Shown in pieces: positions 54,618 through 64,000 of a stretch of DNA of 64,000 bases. Origin of the DNA: Paracoccaceae bacterium (GTDB lineage: Bacteria; Pseudomonadota; Alphaproteobacteria; Rhodobacterales; Rhodobacteraceae); contig OZ219862.1 in NCBI GenBank assembly GCA_964291445.2, positions 1,184,669 to 1,248,668 of the forward strand, given 5' to 3'. The notes under the pieces are model-generated. The model was not told the origin of the DNA. It searched no databases and was given only the letters and a program-made list of their open reading frames with translations. Position 1 is the first letter of the stretch, and the number at the start of each line of letters is the position of its first letter. The position numbers and the translations under genes are program-made.

Positions 54618-55463
54618 CTACAACTCGAACGAAAATCTTTGGCGTCCATTGGCATCCGCCCGGTCCATCCGGGCGGTGACCGAAAACGCCGCCGAAATCA
54701 GCTCCGGGGACAGCACCTCGCCAGGCGTGCCGCAGGCCAGCATTCTGCCACCTGCGAGGACAAGAATCCTGTCGGCATGGTCGCTTGCCATGTTGATGTC
54801 ATGCAGGCTGCAGATCACGGTCAGCCCCAACTCCTTCAGCAATTCCAGCGTCTCGAGTTGATGGCGGATATCGAGATGATTGGTTGGCTCGTCCAGGACC
54901 AGAACCCCGGGGTCCTGGGCCAGTGCGCGGGCGATGGCAACCCGCTGAACTTCGCCGCCAGACAGGGTTCCGAGCAGCCGGTCGCGCAAGTCCGACACAC
55001 CCAGCCTGGCCATTGACCGCTCGACAATCCAGCCATTTGCCTGCCGGTCTCTCCCTGACTGCCCCCGGTGCGGCAGGCGACCGAGCGCCACCACTTCACC
55101 GACGGTCAGGGCAAATTCGGTCGGCCTTTCCTGGAGAACCACCGCCATCTCCCGGGCGACCCGCGGCGACGGCAATGTCCAGATGTCCTGGCCGTCCAGC
55201 AGGATCTGGCCGTCAAGCGGCCTGTAGTAGCGATAGACCAGCCGCAGCAATGTCGACTTGCCGGCGCCATTGGCCCCGACCACCGCCAGGATCGAGCCTG
55301 GCTCGATTTCGAAGCTGACATCGGTCAGGATGCTGGCCGCACCCGCCGGGCGCCATGACAGGTTGTGCGCCTCGAGCCGCGCCGGCCGGCGGCGTCGGCG
55401 CGGCTGCCCATTGATGACAGGCGGCGTGTCGTGGTCAGCCCGTGTAAATCCTGTCCCGTCCAT
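54618..55463 (-). CDS. ABC transporter ATP-binding protein (BtuD/FecE-like)
   Basis: Walker A GANGAGKST, signature LSGGEVQRV, Walker B LVLDEPT. Start uncertain: ATG at 55463 or TTG at 55538. Confidence 0.85.
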   Translation of the reverse strand: MDGTGFTRADHDTPPVINGQPRRRRRPARLEAHNLSWRPAGAASILTDVSFEIEPGSILAVVGANGAGKSTLLRLVYRYYRPLDGQILLDGQDIWTLPSPRVAREMAVVLQERPTEFALTVGEVVALGRLPHRGQSGRDRQANGWIVERSMARLGVSDLRDRLLGTLSGGEVQRVAIARALAQDPGVLVLDEPTNHLDIRHQLETLELLKELGLTVICSLHDINMASDHADRILVLAGGRMLACGTPGEVLSPELISAAFSVTARMDRADANGRQRFSFEL

Positions 55464-55576
55464 GATCCATTCCGGCCGGGACGGGGCAGTTGCGCAATTC
55501 ACGCTGCTTGTCTGGAAAGGTATGTCTGACCAATGCAAGCCTTCTTCCGGATCACCCCGTCCGGCATGAGAGTTTC

Positions 55577-55774
55577 GCCGACGGCAGGTCTCCTGACTTG
55601 CGGGTCGCTGCTCTCCCCGGCCCTTCCCAGCCGCGATCGGCCAGTGGTCATATCCGGGGCAACTCTCCGCTTACAGTTGCGGGGGCAGTCACGGTCTTGG
55701 CGCCTGTCTGGCTACTCCTCACCGTATTCCCTTTTCATCCCGACCGCGTATTCGGCGGGCGGAAAACCGTCGTC
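55577..55774 (-). promoter_or_regulatory. cobalamin (B12) riboswitch
   Basis: On the minus strand: GAAAAGGGAATACGGTGAGGAGTAGCC, ACTGCCCCCGCAACTGTAAGCGG, CCACTGGCC...GGGAAGG and the B12 box AGTCAGGAGACCTGCC. A P1-like pairing links GACGACGG and CCGTCGGC. It lies directly upstream of the ABC operon. Confidence 0.85.
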
Positions 55775-56017
55775 CCCCGGTTATTGCAATATCCGGAAAT
55801 GGTCAAAGAAAATTCGAGGCGTTGAGAACGGATTCACATCAACCCGAGGAAATGGCGCGCACCGTCACGGCAAGATCCAGTCCGTTTGCCGCTGCGTCAG
55901 TGGCCGGAGGGAGTCGCCGCTTCCGGGGGCGACCGGATCCAGTGTCACGACCGGGCCATGCCGGCCGGCGATGGTCGGGTATATCCTGGAGACGGGACGG
56001 CCTTGATGACCGGATGG

Positions 56018-56093
<76 letters not shown>

Positions 56094-56149
56094 ATTATCC
56101 GGTACAGGCCCGCCTCATTGCGTGAATTCACGCTGCGAGGCAAGCAAAA

Positions 56150-56485
56150 TCACGGTTCGTCATCGGAGGCGACATTTGCGATGTCGTCAAGCGGGACAGT
56201 ATCCTCATCAGATTCGTCCAGCATGTCGTCGTCGAGTTCAACACCATCCTCCACGTCATCCAGCAGACCGTCTTCATCCGACTGCGCCTCGGGGGCATCC
56301 TTCTTGGCGTCCTTTTCCTTCTTCGGAGCCTCGAAGTCACTGACTGGCCGTTCGGCCGGAGTCTCCACGAAGAATTCCTTGCCGCAAACGGGGCAATTTA
56401 TCGGATTCCTTTTCAAATCATAAAACCGTGCACCACAGCCCGGATCCTGACAAATTCGCTTGACGCCCCATTCTTCCCTGGCCAT
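56150..56485 (-). CDS. TIGR02300 (FYDLN_acid) family zinc-ribbon protein with an acidic tail
   Basis: MAREEWGVKRICQDPGCGARFYDLKRNPINCPVCGKEF followed by a D/E-rich tail. AAGGGA SD upstream of the ATG at 56485. Confidence 0.8.
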   Translation of the reverse strand: MAREEWGVKRICQDPGCGARFYDLKRNPINCPVCGKEFFVETPAERPVSDFEAPKKEKDAKKDAPEAQSDEDGLLDDVEDGVELDDDMLDESDEDTVPLDDIANVASDDEP

Positions 56486-56766
56486 CGAATTCCCTTCTTT
56501 GCTGTGTTTGTTGCTCGAATCCGGCACCCACTGCCACAAAGAAACCGGTAATGTCAAAGCCGGTAGGATGCCGGTGGTTCTACCCGCCGCCACCGGGATT
56601 GCAAACAGCCGGCAGCAGGATTTGGCCGCCCCGATGATGCCGGTGGCGAGTGGCAGGAATTGCGGTCGGTCATGGGCCCGATTACACGCCTGCATGCGCC
56701 AGGCACCCGGCTGCCGCCAGCCCGTCGCAGAGCCGCCTGGCCACCACCATCTCGAGAGGAAAGCCC

Positions 56767-57462
56767 GTGCCGATAACCGACATCCTGCTGATCGGAGAGC
56801 CGCCGATCCCGATCGTGGTGAAGAGAATTGCGAACGGGCGAAGGATATCGCTGCGGATCGACCGGATCAGCGGCCGGGTCTCCCTGACGGTTCCCGATCA
56901 TCTCCGGATGGATGAGGCTCGCCGGTTCGTGCGTGACAGGCAGGGCTGGATCACCCGCAAACTCCAGGACGCCGTGCAGCGCCGGGTCCCCACCTTTGGT
57001 GATTCGTTTCCGCTTGAAGGACGTTCATTGGAGATCCGCAAGGCGGGCGGAAGCCGGATCCGGTGCCACGGCAGCCTGTTGCTGGCACCCTGCACCGACG
57101 CGAAACTGCCAGCTGCGCTCGGCGAGTTCTGCAGGTCCCTGGCCCGGGAAAGGCTGCTGGCCAGGACCCGCCACCATGCCGACATGCTCTCCCGTCCGCA
57201 TCCGGCCATACGCCTGCGAGATACCCGGTCCCGGTGGGGGTCCTGTTCGTCCGACAACCGGCTGATGTTCTCCTGGCGCCTGGTCATGGCCCCACCCGAG
57301 GTGCTGGACTATGTTGCCGCCCACGAGGTGTCGCACCTCGCCGAACTCAATCACTCCAAGCGATTCTGGCAGATCGTCGAGCGACTCTGTCCCGATTACC
57401 TGCAACATCGGCAATGGCTGCGCCAGAACGGAGTCCTGCTCCACCAACATATCCTCGACTGA
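56767..57462 (+). CDS. M48-like metal-dependent hydrolase (YgjP/DUF45 family)
   Basis: HEVSHLAELNHSKRFW zinc motif. GTG at 56767 is preceded by GAGAGGAAAG. The track ORF allows starts up to 56650. Confidence 0.75.
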   Translation: MPITDILLIGEPPIPIVVKRIANGRRISLRIDRISGRVSLTVPDHLRMDEARRFVRDRQGWITRKLQDAVQRRVPTFGDSFPLEGRSLEIRKAGGSRIRCHGSLLLAPCTDAKLPAALGEFCRSLARERLLARTRHHADMLSRPHPAIRLRDTRSRWGSCSSDNRLMFSWRLVMAPPEVLDYVAAHEVSHLAELNHSKRFWQIVERLCPDYLQHRQWLRQNGVLLHQHILD

Positions 57463-57545
57463 CCGGCGGCTGCACCTCCGCATCCCGCAAACTGGCTCCA
57501 GACCGGCCAGGCCAGTCATGCGCGGTCGCTGCGGGCCCGGTCAGG

Positions 57546-58934
57546 TTAGGCGTGTATTGCGCCGTCGCCGCAAGCCAGGGCGGCCTCCCTGACCGCCTCG
57601 GAGAGGGTTGGATGGGCGTGGCAGGTCCTGGCGACATCTTCGGCCGCGGCGCCGAATTCCATGGCCACGCAAATCTCCTGAATCAGCTCGCCGGCACTCG
57701 GACCGATGATGTGACATCCGAGGATGCGATCGCTGGACTGGTCGGCCAGCATCTTGACAAACCCGTCAGCCGCCAGCGCCGATTTGGCCCGGCCATTGCC
57801 CATGAATGGAAACTTGCCGACCCGGTATTGCCGACCCTCCTCCTTCAGCTGTTCCTCGGTCGCTCCGACCGCCGCCACTTCCGGGTGGGTGTAGATGACC
57901 GACGGAATCACACCGTAATTGACATGACCCAACCGGCCGGCAATGGTTTCGGCAACCGCCGTTCCTTCATCTTCCGCCTTGTGCGCCAGCATCGGGCCAG
58001 CCACCACGTCGCCAATCGCATAAATCCCGGCAACATTGGTCTGCAGCCTGTCGTCGGTGGCCACCTGGCCCGCCTGCGTCATCTCGATTCCGGCCTCGAC
58101 CAGGCCAAGACCGCCGGTATAGGGACGGCGCCCGGTGGCAACGAGGACAATGTCGGCCTCGTGGTCGTGATCGCTTTCCTTCTTGCGAAGCCGGTATTTG
58201 ACCGCCAGCCCGCCCTTGCCCTTGTCGACGCCGGTGACCTGCGCACCGAGCACGATGTCCAGGCCCTGCTTCTTGAGCAGCCGGTTCAGGTTCTTGCAGA
58301 CCTCGCCATCCATGCCCGGGGTGACCTGGTCAAGAAACTCCAGCACCGTCACCTTCGATCCCAGACGGGCATAGACGGAGCCGATCTCGAGGCCGATCAC
58401 CCCGGCCCCGATGACGGTGAGCCGCTCGGGAATCGCCTCGAGTTCCAGCGCCCCGGTCGATGACACGATGCGGTCCTCGTCAATCTCGACGCCCGGAATG
58501 CTGGTCGACTCCGAACCGGTTGCGAGCACGATGTTGCCAGCCTCATGGGTCTCGTCTCCAACCTGCACCTTGCCGGGGCCGGCAATGCTCCCCCACCCCT
58601 TCAGCCAGTCGATCCCGTTCTTCTTGAACAGGAACTCGATGCCCCTGGTATTGGCCAGGATCGACTCGTCCTTGTAGGCAAGCATCCGCTTCCAGTCGAC
58701 TTTCACGGCCGGCGAGCCCAGGCCCATCTTGGCAAAATTCGCATGGGTCTCGTGCAGCATGTGACTGGCATGCAGCAGGGCCTTCGACGGAATGCAGCCG
58801 ACATTGAGGCAGGTTCCGCCGAGCGACTCCCTGCCTTCCACGCACGCCGCCTTCAACCCCAACTGTGCGGCCCTGATGGCGCAGACATAGCCGCCCGGAC
58901 CCCCACCAACCACAATGACATCATAGCTTGCCAT
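57546..58934 (-). CDS. lpdA: dihydrolipoyl dehydrogenase (E3)
   Basis: [16 protein letters not shown], redox-active [14 protein letters not shown]-terminal [15 protein letters not shown] upstream of the ATG at 58934. Confidence 0.9.
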   Translation of the reverse strand: MASYDVIVVGGGPGGYVCAIRAAQLGLKAACVEGRESLGGTCLNVGCIPSKALLHASHMLHETHANFAKMGLGSPAVKVDWKRMLAYKDESILANTRGIEFLFKKNGIDWLKGWGSIAGPGKVQVGDETHEAGNIVLATGSESTSIPGVEIDEDRIVSSTGALELEAIPERLTVIGAGVIGLEIGSVYARLGSKVTVLEFLDQVTPGMDGEVCKNLNRLLKKQGLDIVLGAQVTGVDKGKGGLAVKYRLRKKESDHDHEADIVLVATGRRPYTGGLGLVEAGIEMTQAGQVATDDRLQTNVAGIYAIGDVVAGPMLAHKAEDEGTAVAETIAGRLGHVNYGVIPSVIYTHPEVAAVGATEEQLKEEGRQYRVGKFPFMGNGRAKSALAADGFVKMLADQSSDRILGCHIIGPSAGELIQEICVAMEFGAAAEDVARTCHAHPTLSEAVREAALACGDGAIHA

Positions 58935-59017
58935 GAAGGCCTCCATTTCCCGACAGGTTCATGTTCCGAAATTCCGCCCCGACACCGGCCATCCTGGCCG
59001 AGATTCAACCAGGTCGC

Positions 59018-60223
59018 TCAAATCCCCATCAGCAGCCGGTGCGGCTCCTCGATCAGCTCCTTGACCCTGACCAGGAAGGTGACGGCGCCCTTGCCATCGA
59101 CGATCCGGTGATCATAGGACAGCGCCAGATACATCATCGGTCGGATCACCACCTCGCCATTCAGCGCGATCGGCCTCTCCTGGATCTTGTGCATCCCGAG
59201 AATGCCGGATTGCGGCGGGTTGAGTATCGGCGATGACATCAGCGAGCCATAGACTCCGCCATTGGAGATCGAGAAGGTGCCTCCCTGCATCTCGGCGATC
59301 GACAGCTGGCCATCCCTGGCGCGGGCACCGGCATTGGCGATTGCCAGTTCGATCTCGGCAAAGCCAAGCCGGTGGGCATTCCGGATCACCGGAACCACGA
59401 GCCCGGTCGGCGTGCCGACCGCAATGCCCATATGGACAAATTTCTTGTAGACGATCTCGTTGCCGTCGATTTCGGCATTGACCTCGGGAACGTCGACAAG
59501 CGCCTCGCAACAGGCCTTGACAAAAAACGACATGAAGCCGAGGCGGGCGCCGTATTTCTTCTCGAACACATCCTTGAACTCGGACCTGATCTGCATCACC
59601 CGCGACATGTCCACCTCGTTGTAGGTGGTCAGTATGGCGGCGGTGTTCTGTGCATCCTTCAGCCGGCTGGCGATGGTCTGACGCAGCCGCGACATCCGCA
59701 GCCGCTCCTCGCCATCCTCGGCTGGCCGCGCCTGCGGCTCTGGCTCGGGTGCCGGCGCCTGCCCTGCCGACGCGATCGCCGCCAGCACGTCTTCCTTCAT
59801 CACCCGGCCGTCACGACCCGAACCCGTGACCGCATCCTGCGAGATCCCGTGTTCCGCCATCATCACCTGCGCCGATGGCGCATGTTCCGGGTCGCGCCCG
59901 GGCTTGCTGTCCGGTTGCGGTGAGGGAGGTGCCGCCTCCACCGGGGACTCCGCCTTCGGTGCCGGATCTTCTGCCACCACCCCGGTGCCCTCGCCAATCA
60001 TCGCCAGCAAGGCGCCGACCTCGACCTCGGCGCCCTGGGCAGCGACGATCTCCGCCAGGATGCCGGCTTCGGGCGACGGTACCTCGACAGTCACCTTGTC
60101 GGTTTCCAACTCGCAGACCACCTCGTCGGCAGCAACGGCCTCACCCTGCTTCCTGAACCACGTGCCGACCGTCGCTTCGGTAATGCTCTCCCCGAGAGTC
60201 GGAACTCGAATTTCTGCTGTCAT
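59018..60223 (-). CDS. sucB: dihydrolipoyllysine-residue succinyltransferase (E2 of 2-oxoglutarate dehydrogenase)
   Basis: Lipoyl domain ([14 protein letters not shown]), Ala/Pro linker, catalytic domain ([12 protein letters not shown]). Confidence 0.9.
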   Translation of the reverse strand: MTAEIRVPTLGESITEATVGTWFRKQGEAVAADEVVCELETDKVTVEVPSPEAGILAEIVAAQGAEVEVGALLAMIGEGTGVVAEDPAPKAESPVEAAPPSPQPDSKPGRDPEHAPSAQVMMAEHGISQDAVTGSGRDGRVMKEDVLAAIASAGQAPAPEPEPQARPAEDGEERLRMSRLRQTIASRLKDAQNTAAILTTYNEVDMSRVMQIRSEFKDVFEKKYGARLGFMSFFVKACCEALVDVPEVNAEIDGNEIVYKKFVHMGIAVGTPTGLVVPVIRNAHRLGFAEIELAIANAGARARDGQLSIAEMQGGTFSISNGGVYGSLMSSPILNPPQSGILGMHKIQERPIALNGEVVIRPMMYLALSYDHRIVDGKGAVTFLVRVKELIEEPHRLLMGI

Positions 60224-60227
60224 GCTG

Positions 60228-63185
60228 TCAATCTCCACCTAAGGTCAGAGCCTCATCCACAATCTGTGCCTGCTGTCTCTGGTGTTCCCTGAACAGCCCG
60301 GCCGCCGGCGACGCCGAAGCCTGGCGGCCGACATATTCCACCCGTCCGGATTTTGCTTTTATCTTCTGCAGAACCCATTGGAGGTTGGGTTCGATGAACT
60401 GCCACGCACCCTGGTTTCTTGGCTCCTCCTGGACCCAGATCATTTCCGCATTCCTGAACCTCGAAAGCTCCTTGATCAGGGCCATTGCCGGAAACGGGTA
60501 ATACTGCTCGACCCGCATCAGGTAGACGTCGTCGATGCCGCGGGCGTCCCGTTCCTCGAGAAGGTCGAAATAGACCTTGCCGGAGGTGATGACCACCCTG
60601 CGGATATCCTTGTCATCCACCAGCTTGGTATCGGAGTTGCCGTGCTGGGCATCATCCCACAATACCCGGTGGAATGTCGTTCCCGACGCCATCTCGTCGA
60701 GTCTCGATACTGCCAGCCGGTGGCGCAGCAGCGACTTTGGCGTCATCAATACCAGCGGCTTGCGAAAATCACGGTGCATCTGCCGACGAAGGATGTGGAA
60801 ATAGTTGGCCGGGGTGGTGCAATTGGCGACAATCCAGTTATCCTCGGCGCATAATTGCAGGAACCGCTCAAGCCTGGCGCTGGAATGTTCCGGCCCCTGA
60901 CCTTCGAAACCATGCGGCAGCAGCAGCACCAGGCCCGACATCCGCAGCCATTTGCGCTCACCGGTGGCAATGAACTGGTCGATCATGATCTGTGCGCCAT
61001 TGGCGAAATCGCCGAATTGCGCCTCCCACATCACCAGCGTGTTCGGCTCGCTCAGCGAATAGCCATATTCGAAGCCGAGCACGGCGAATTCCGAGAGCAT
61101 CGAGTCGATGACCTGGAACTTGGCCTGGCCCTGATCAATATGATTGAGGGAGACGAATTTCTCCTCGGTATCCTGGTCGATGAAGGCGCAATGCCGCTGG
61201 CTGAAGGTTCCCCTGGTGGAATCCTGTCCCGACAGCCTGACGCCATACCCTTCAAGGAGCAGGCTTCCGAAGGCCAGCGCCTCGCCCATTGCCCAGTTGC
61301 AGCCCTCGCCGGAATCGAAGACCTTTTCCCTGGAGCGTAGAAGCCGCTTCAATGTCGGGTGCAGGCTGAATCCCTCCGGGACATGCACCAGCGCCTTGCC
61401 GACGCGCTTCAGAACCTCGCCCCTGACGCCGGTCCGTCCCCGCTGGTCGTCATCAATCTGCGACTGGAGATGCGACCAGCGGCCGTCAAGCCAGTCGGCA
61501 TCATTCGGCTTGTAACTCTTTGCCACCTCGAATTCATCGTCAAGCCGCTGGCGAAATTCCGACTTGCGCCGGGCGACTTCGCCTTCCGGAACCAGCCCTT
61601 CTGCCACCAGCTTCTTCGAATACAGTTCCAGCGTGGTCTCGTGGTTCTTGATGATCCGGTACATTTCCGGCTGGGTGAACATGGGCTCATCGCCCTCATT
61701 ATGGCCAAACCGCCGGTAGCAGAACACGTCGACCACCACATCCTTGCGGAATTTCTGCCGAAACTCCGTTGCCACCCTGGCGGCATGCACCACCGCCTCC
61801 GGATCATCGCCGTTCACGTGGAAGATCGGTGATTCGGTGATCATGGAAATGTCGGTCGGATATGGCGAGGACCTGGAATAATGCGGCGCCGTGGTAAATC
61901 CGATCTGGTTGTTCACGATCAGGTGGATGGTGCCGCCGGTTGCATGCCCGACCAGCCCGGAAAGGCCGAAGCATTCGGCAACGATTCCCTGCCCGGCAAA
62001 GGCGGCATCGCCATGCAGAAGCACCGGCAACACCTGCGTGCGCTGCTCATCCCCCAATTGCTCCTGCTTTGCCCTGGCCTTGCCAATGACAACGGCATTC
62101 ACCGCCTCCAGGTGCGACGGGTTGGCAGTCAGCGACAGGTGGACATTGTTGCCGTCGAACTCGCGGTCGGATGATGCGCCCAGATGGTATTTCACATCGC
62201 CGGAGCCGGACACATCCTCCGGTTTGAAGCTGCCGCCACCGAATTCGTTCAGGATGGCCCGGTACGGCTTGCTCATGACATTGGCCAGGATATTGAGGCG
62301 GCCACGATGCGGCATGCCGATGACGATCTCGGTCACCCCGAGCGCACCGCCACGCTTGATGATCTGCTCCATCGCCGGGATGATCGACTCGGCGCCATCG
62401 AGACCAAATCGCTTGGTCCCGGTATACTTGGCCTGCAGGAACTTCTCGAAGCCTTCCGCCTCGATCAGCTTGTTCAGGATGGCCCGGCGGCCCTCCTGGG
62501 TGAATGCGATCTCCTTGCCATAGCCCTCGATACGCTCCTTCAGCCAGCTGCTCTGCTCCGGATCAGAGATATGCATGTATTGCAGGGCAAAGGTGCCACA
62601 ATAGGTCCGCTTGACCATGGCCAGTATCTCGCGCATGGTCGCTGTCTCGAGGCCAAGCACCCTGTCAATGAAGATCGGCCGGTCCATGTCGGCCTCCGAG
62701 AAACCGTAGGATGCCGGATCGAGCTCGGCATGGCCGGTGTGATGGGTCAGGCCGAGCGGATCAAGCCTGGCAATCCGGTGCCCCCTGATCCGATAGGCCC
62801 TGATCAGCATCAGCGCCCGGATTGAATCGACGGTCCGCTGCTGGACCTCCCGTTCCGGAATGTCGATGCCGCCGGCGGCCGCCAGCCCCCTGATTCTCGA
62901 TTCGAGAAGGCGGCCGTCAATCGAATCGGTCTCGGCCCATTGACCATCGAATGCCGCGACCAGCTCGCCATTGTCGAGCATCGGCCAGTTTGCCAATTTC
63001 CAGCTCGGCGGCACCGACGGACCCGCCCCGTCATCGCTGAGAGCCTCGAAATACCGCCGCCACGATTCGTCGACCGATGACGGGCTCGACATGTAGCGGG
63101 TGCGCAGCTGCTCGATATATTCGGCATTCTGCCCCTGCAGGAAACTCGATGTATGAAAATACCGGTTCGGGCTCTGCTCTTGCAT
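60228..63185 (-). CDS. sucA: 2-oxoglutarate dehydrogenase E1 component
   Basis: About 985 aa, SucA-typical sequence throughout (e.g. [20 protein letters not shown]). Confidence 0.9.
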   Translation of the reverse strand: MQEQSPNRYFHTSSFLQGQNAEYIEQLRTRYMSSPSSVDESWRRYFEALSDDGAGPSVPPSWKLANWPMLDNGELVAAFDGQWAETDSIDGRLLESRIRGLAAAGGIDIPEREVQQRTVDSIRALMLIRAYRIRGHRIARLDPLGLTHHTGHAELDPASYGFSEADMDRPIFIDRVLGLETATMREILAMVKRTYCGTFALQYMHISDPEQSSWLKERIEGYGKEIAFTQEGRRAILNKLIEAEGFEKFLQAKYTGTKRFGLDGAESIIPAMEQIIKRGGALGVTEIVIGMPHRGRLNILANVMSKPYRAILNEFGGGSFKPEDVSGSGDVKYHLGASSDREFDGNNVHLSLTANPSHLEAVNAVVIGKARAKQEQLGDEQRTQVLPVLLHGDAAFAGQGIVAECFGLSGLVGHATGGTIHLIVNNQIGFTTAPHYSRSSPYPTDISMITESPIFHVNGDDPEAVVHAARVATEFRQKFRKDVVVDVFCYRRFGHNEGDEPMFTQPEMYRIIKNHETTLELYSKKLVAEGLVPEGEVARRKSEFRQRLDDEFEVAKSYKPNDADWLDGRWSHLQSQIDDDQRGRTGVRGEVLKRVGKALVHVPEGFSLHPTLKRLLRSREKVFDSGEGCNWAMGEALAFGSLLLEGYGVRLSGQDSTRGTFSQRHCAFIDQDTEEKFVSLNHIDQGQAKFQVIDSMLSEFAVLGFEYGYSLSEPNTLVMWEAQFGDFANGAQIMIDQFIATGERKWLRMSGLVLLLPHGFEGQGPEHSSARLERFLQLCAEDNWIVANCTTPANYFHILRRQMHRDFRKPLVLMTPKSLLRHRLAVSRLDEMASGTTFHRVLWDDAQHGNSDTKLVDDKDIRRVVITSGKVYFDLLEERDARGIDDVYLMRVEQYYPFPAMALIKELSRFRNAEMIWVQEEPRNQGAWQFIEPNLQWVLQKIKAKSGRVEYVGRQASASPAAGLFREHQRQQAQIVDEALTLGGD

Positions 63186-63208
63186 GTCTTTCCCCACCCG
63201 TCGATCGA

Positions 63209-64000
63209 TCAGTTGTTGATGGCCTTCAGCACCGCTTCCCCCAGCGTTGCCGGGCTGTCGGCAAATTCGATTCCGGCCGATCGCATGGCCTCGATCTTGT
63301 CATCGGCGCCGCCCTTTCCACCGGAAATCACCGCGCCGGCATGGCCCATTCGCCGGCCCGGCGGTGCCGTTCTGCCGGCGATGAAGCCGGCAATCGGCTT
63401 GGCCCGCCCATGGCGGGCTTCCGCCACGATGAATTCGGCCGCCTCTTCCTCGGCGCTTCCGCCGATTTCGCCGATCATGATGATGGATTCGGTCTCGTCA
63501 TCGGCAAGGAACATCTCGAGCACATCGACGAATTCGGTCCCCTTGACCGGATCGCCGCCGATGCCGACACAGGTTGACTGGCCAAGACCGACATCGCTGG
63601 TCTGCTTGACCGCCTCGTAGGTCAGGGTCCCGGAACGGGAGACCACGCCGACGCTTCCCCGGCGGTGGATATGTCCGGGCATGATGCCGATCTTGCATGC
63701 GTCCGGTGTGATGACGCCCGGGCAATTCGGACCCACGAGCCGCGATCCGGAATTGTCCAGCGCCCGCCGGGCGGTGATCATGTCGCGGACCGGGATCCCC
63801 TCGGTCACGCAGACGATCAGCTCGATTCCGGCAGCACACGCCTCCATGATCGCATCGGCGGCAAAGGCGGGCGGAACGTAGATGGCGGTGGCATTGGCAC
63901 CGGTCGCGTCCATGGCCTGCCTGACGGTATCGAACACCGGCAGGCCGAGATGCGTGCTGCCACCCTTGCCGGGCGTTACCCCTCCAACCATCACCGTTCC
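63209..64000 (-). CDS. sucD: succinate--CoA ligase subunit alpha, 5' end outside window
   Basis: In frame to the window edge. ...GVTPGKGG..., [23 protein letters not shown] motifs. Confidence 0.9.
   Translation of the reverse strand, partial: GTVMVGGVTPGKGGSTHLGLPVFDTVRQAMDATGANATAIYVPPAFAADAIMEACAAGIELIVCVTEGIPVRDMITARRALDNSGSRLVGPNCPGVITPDACKIGIMPGHIHRRGSVGVVSRSGTLTYEAVKQTSDVGLGQSTCVGIGGDPVKGTEFVDVLEMFLADDETESIIMIGEIGGSAEEEAAEFIVAEARHGRAKPIAGFIAGRTAPPGRRMGHAGAVISGGKGGADDKIEAMRSAGIEFADSPATLGEAVLKAINN

Overview
High-GC, densely coding chromosomal window whose gene content looks alphaproteobacterial (TIGR02186 and TIGR02300/FYDLN-type proteins, sucD-sucA-sucB-lpdA, ccr plus ecm). All calls rest on reading the supplied ORF translations and the DNA by eye; no searches were run.

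Layout, left to right:
- 1-15.3 kb: peptide and amino-acid-derivative utilisation. This covers a DapA-family aldolase, M20 and M24 hydrolases, a Dpp/Opp-type ABC importer, a frameshifted carbamoyl-amino-acid amidohydrolase gene, a 2-hydroxyacid dehydrogenase, 5-oxoprolinase pxpBC/pxpA and a GATase.
- 15.4-19.7 kb: a TauE/TIGR02186 pair and a polar amino-acid ABC importer.
- 19.8-20.3 kb: a decayed higBA toxin-antitoxin remnant.
- 20.4-30.2 kb: a PLP decarboxylase, crotonyl-CoA carboxylase/reductase (ccr), an unknown polytopic membrane protein and a Liv-type ABC importer.
- 30.2-43.6 kb: a reductive (Eubacterium barkeri-type) nicotinate catabolic regulon. It contains fpr, an enamidase-like gene, MarR, two DUF1185 paralogs, a UPF0280 protein, a 6-hydroxynicotinate-reductase-like gene and a molybdo-flavoenzyme. 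A shared perfect palindrome sits in both promoter regions. The regulon is physically split by rmuC and by a roughly 2 kb low-GC cassette.
- 43.9-64 kb: cspA, an unexplained 0.8 kb non-coding stretch, an RND/LolA-like/OMP export triad, ethylmalonyl-CoA mutase (ecm), a cobalamin-riboswitch-controlled Btu/Fec-type ABC importer, tRNA-Ala(GGC) and the 2-oxoglutarate dehydrogenase genes.

The best candidate for something undescribed is the low-GC cassette at about 32.5-34.5 kb. It holds three co-oriented ORFs that I cannot assign to any family, and no integrase or transposase.

Other oddities:
- Three independent imperfect duplications that each copy a gene's stop-codon-proximal 3' end.
- A foreign-looking C-terminal tail on the enamidase gene.
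- Phased direct repeats upstream of ecm.

No CRISPR array, rRNA or IS element was seen.
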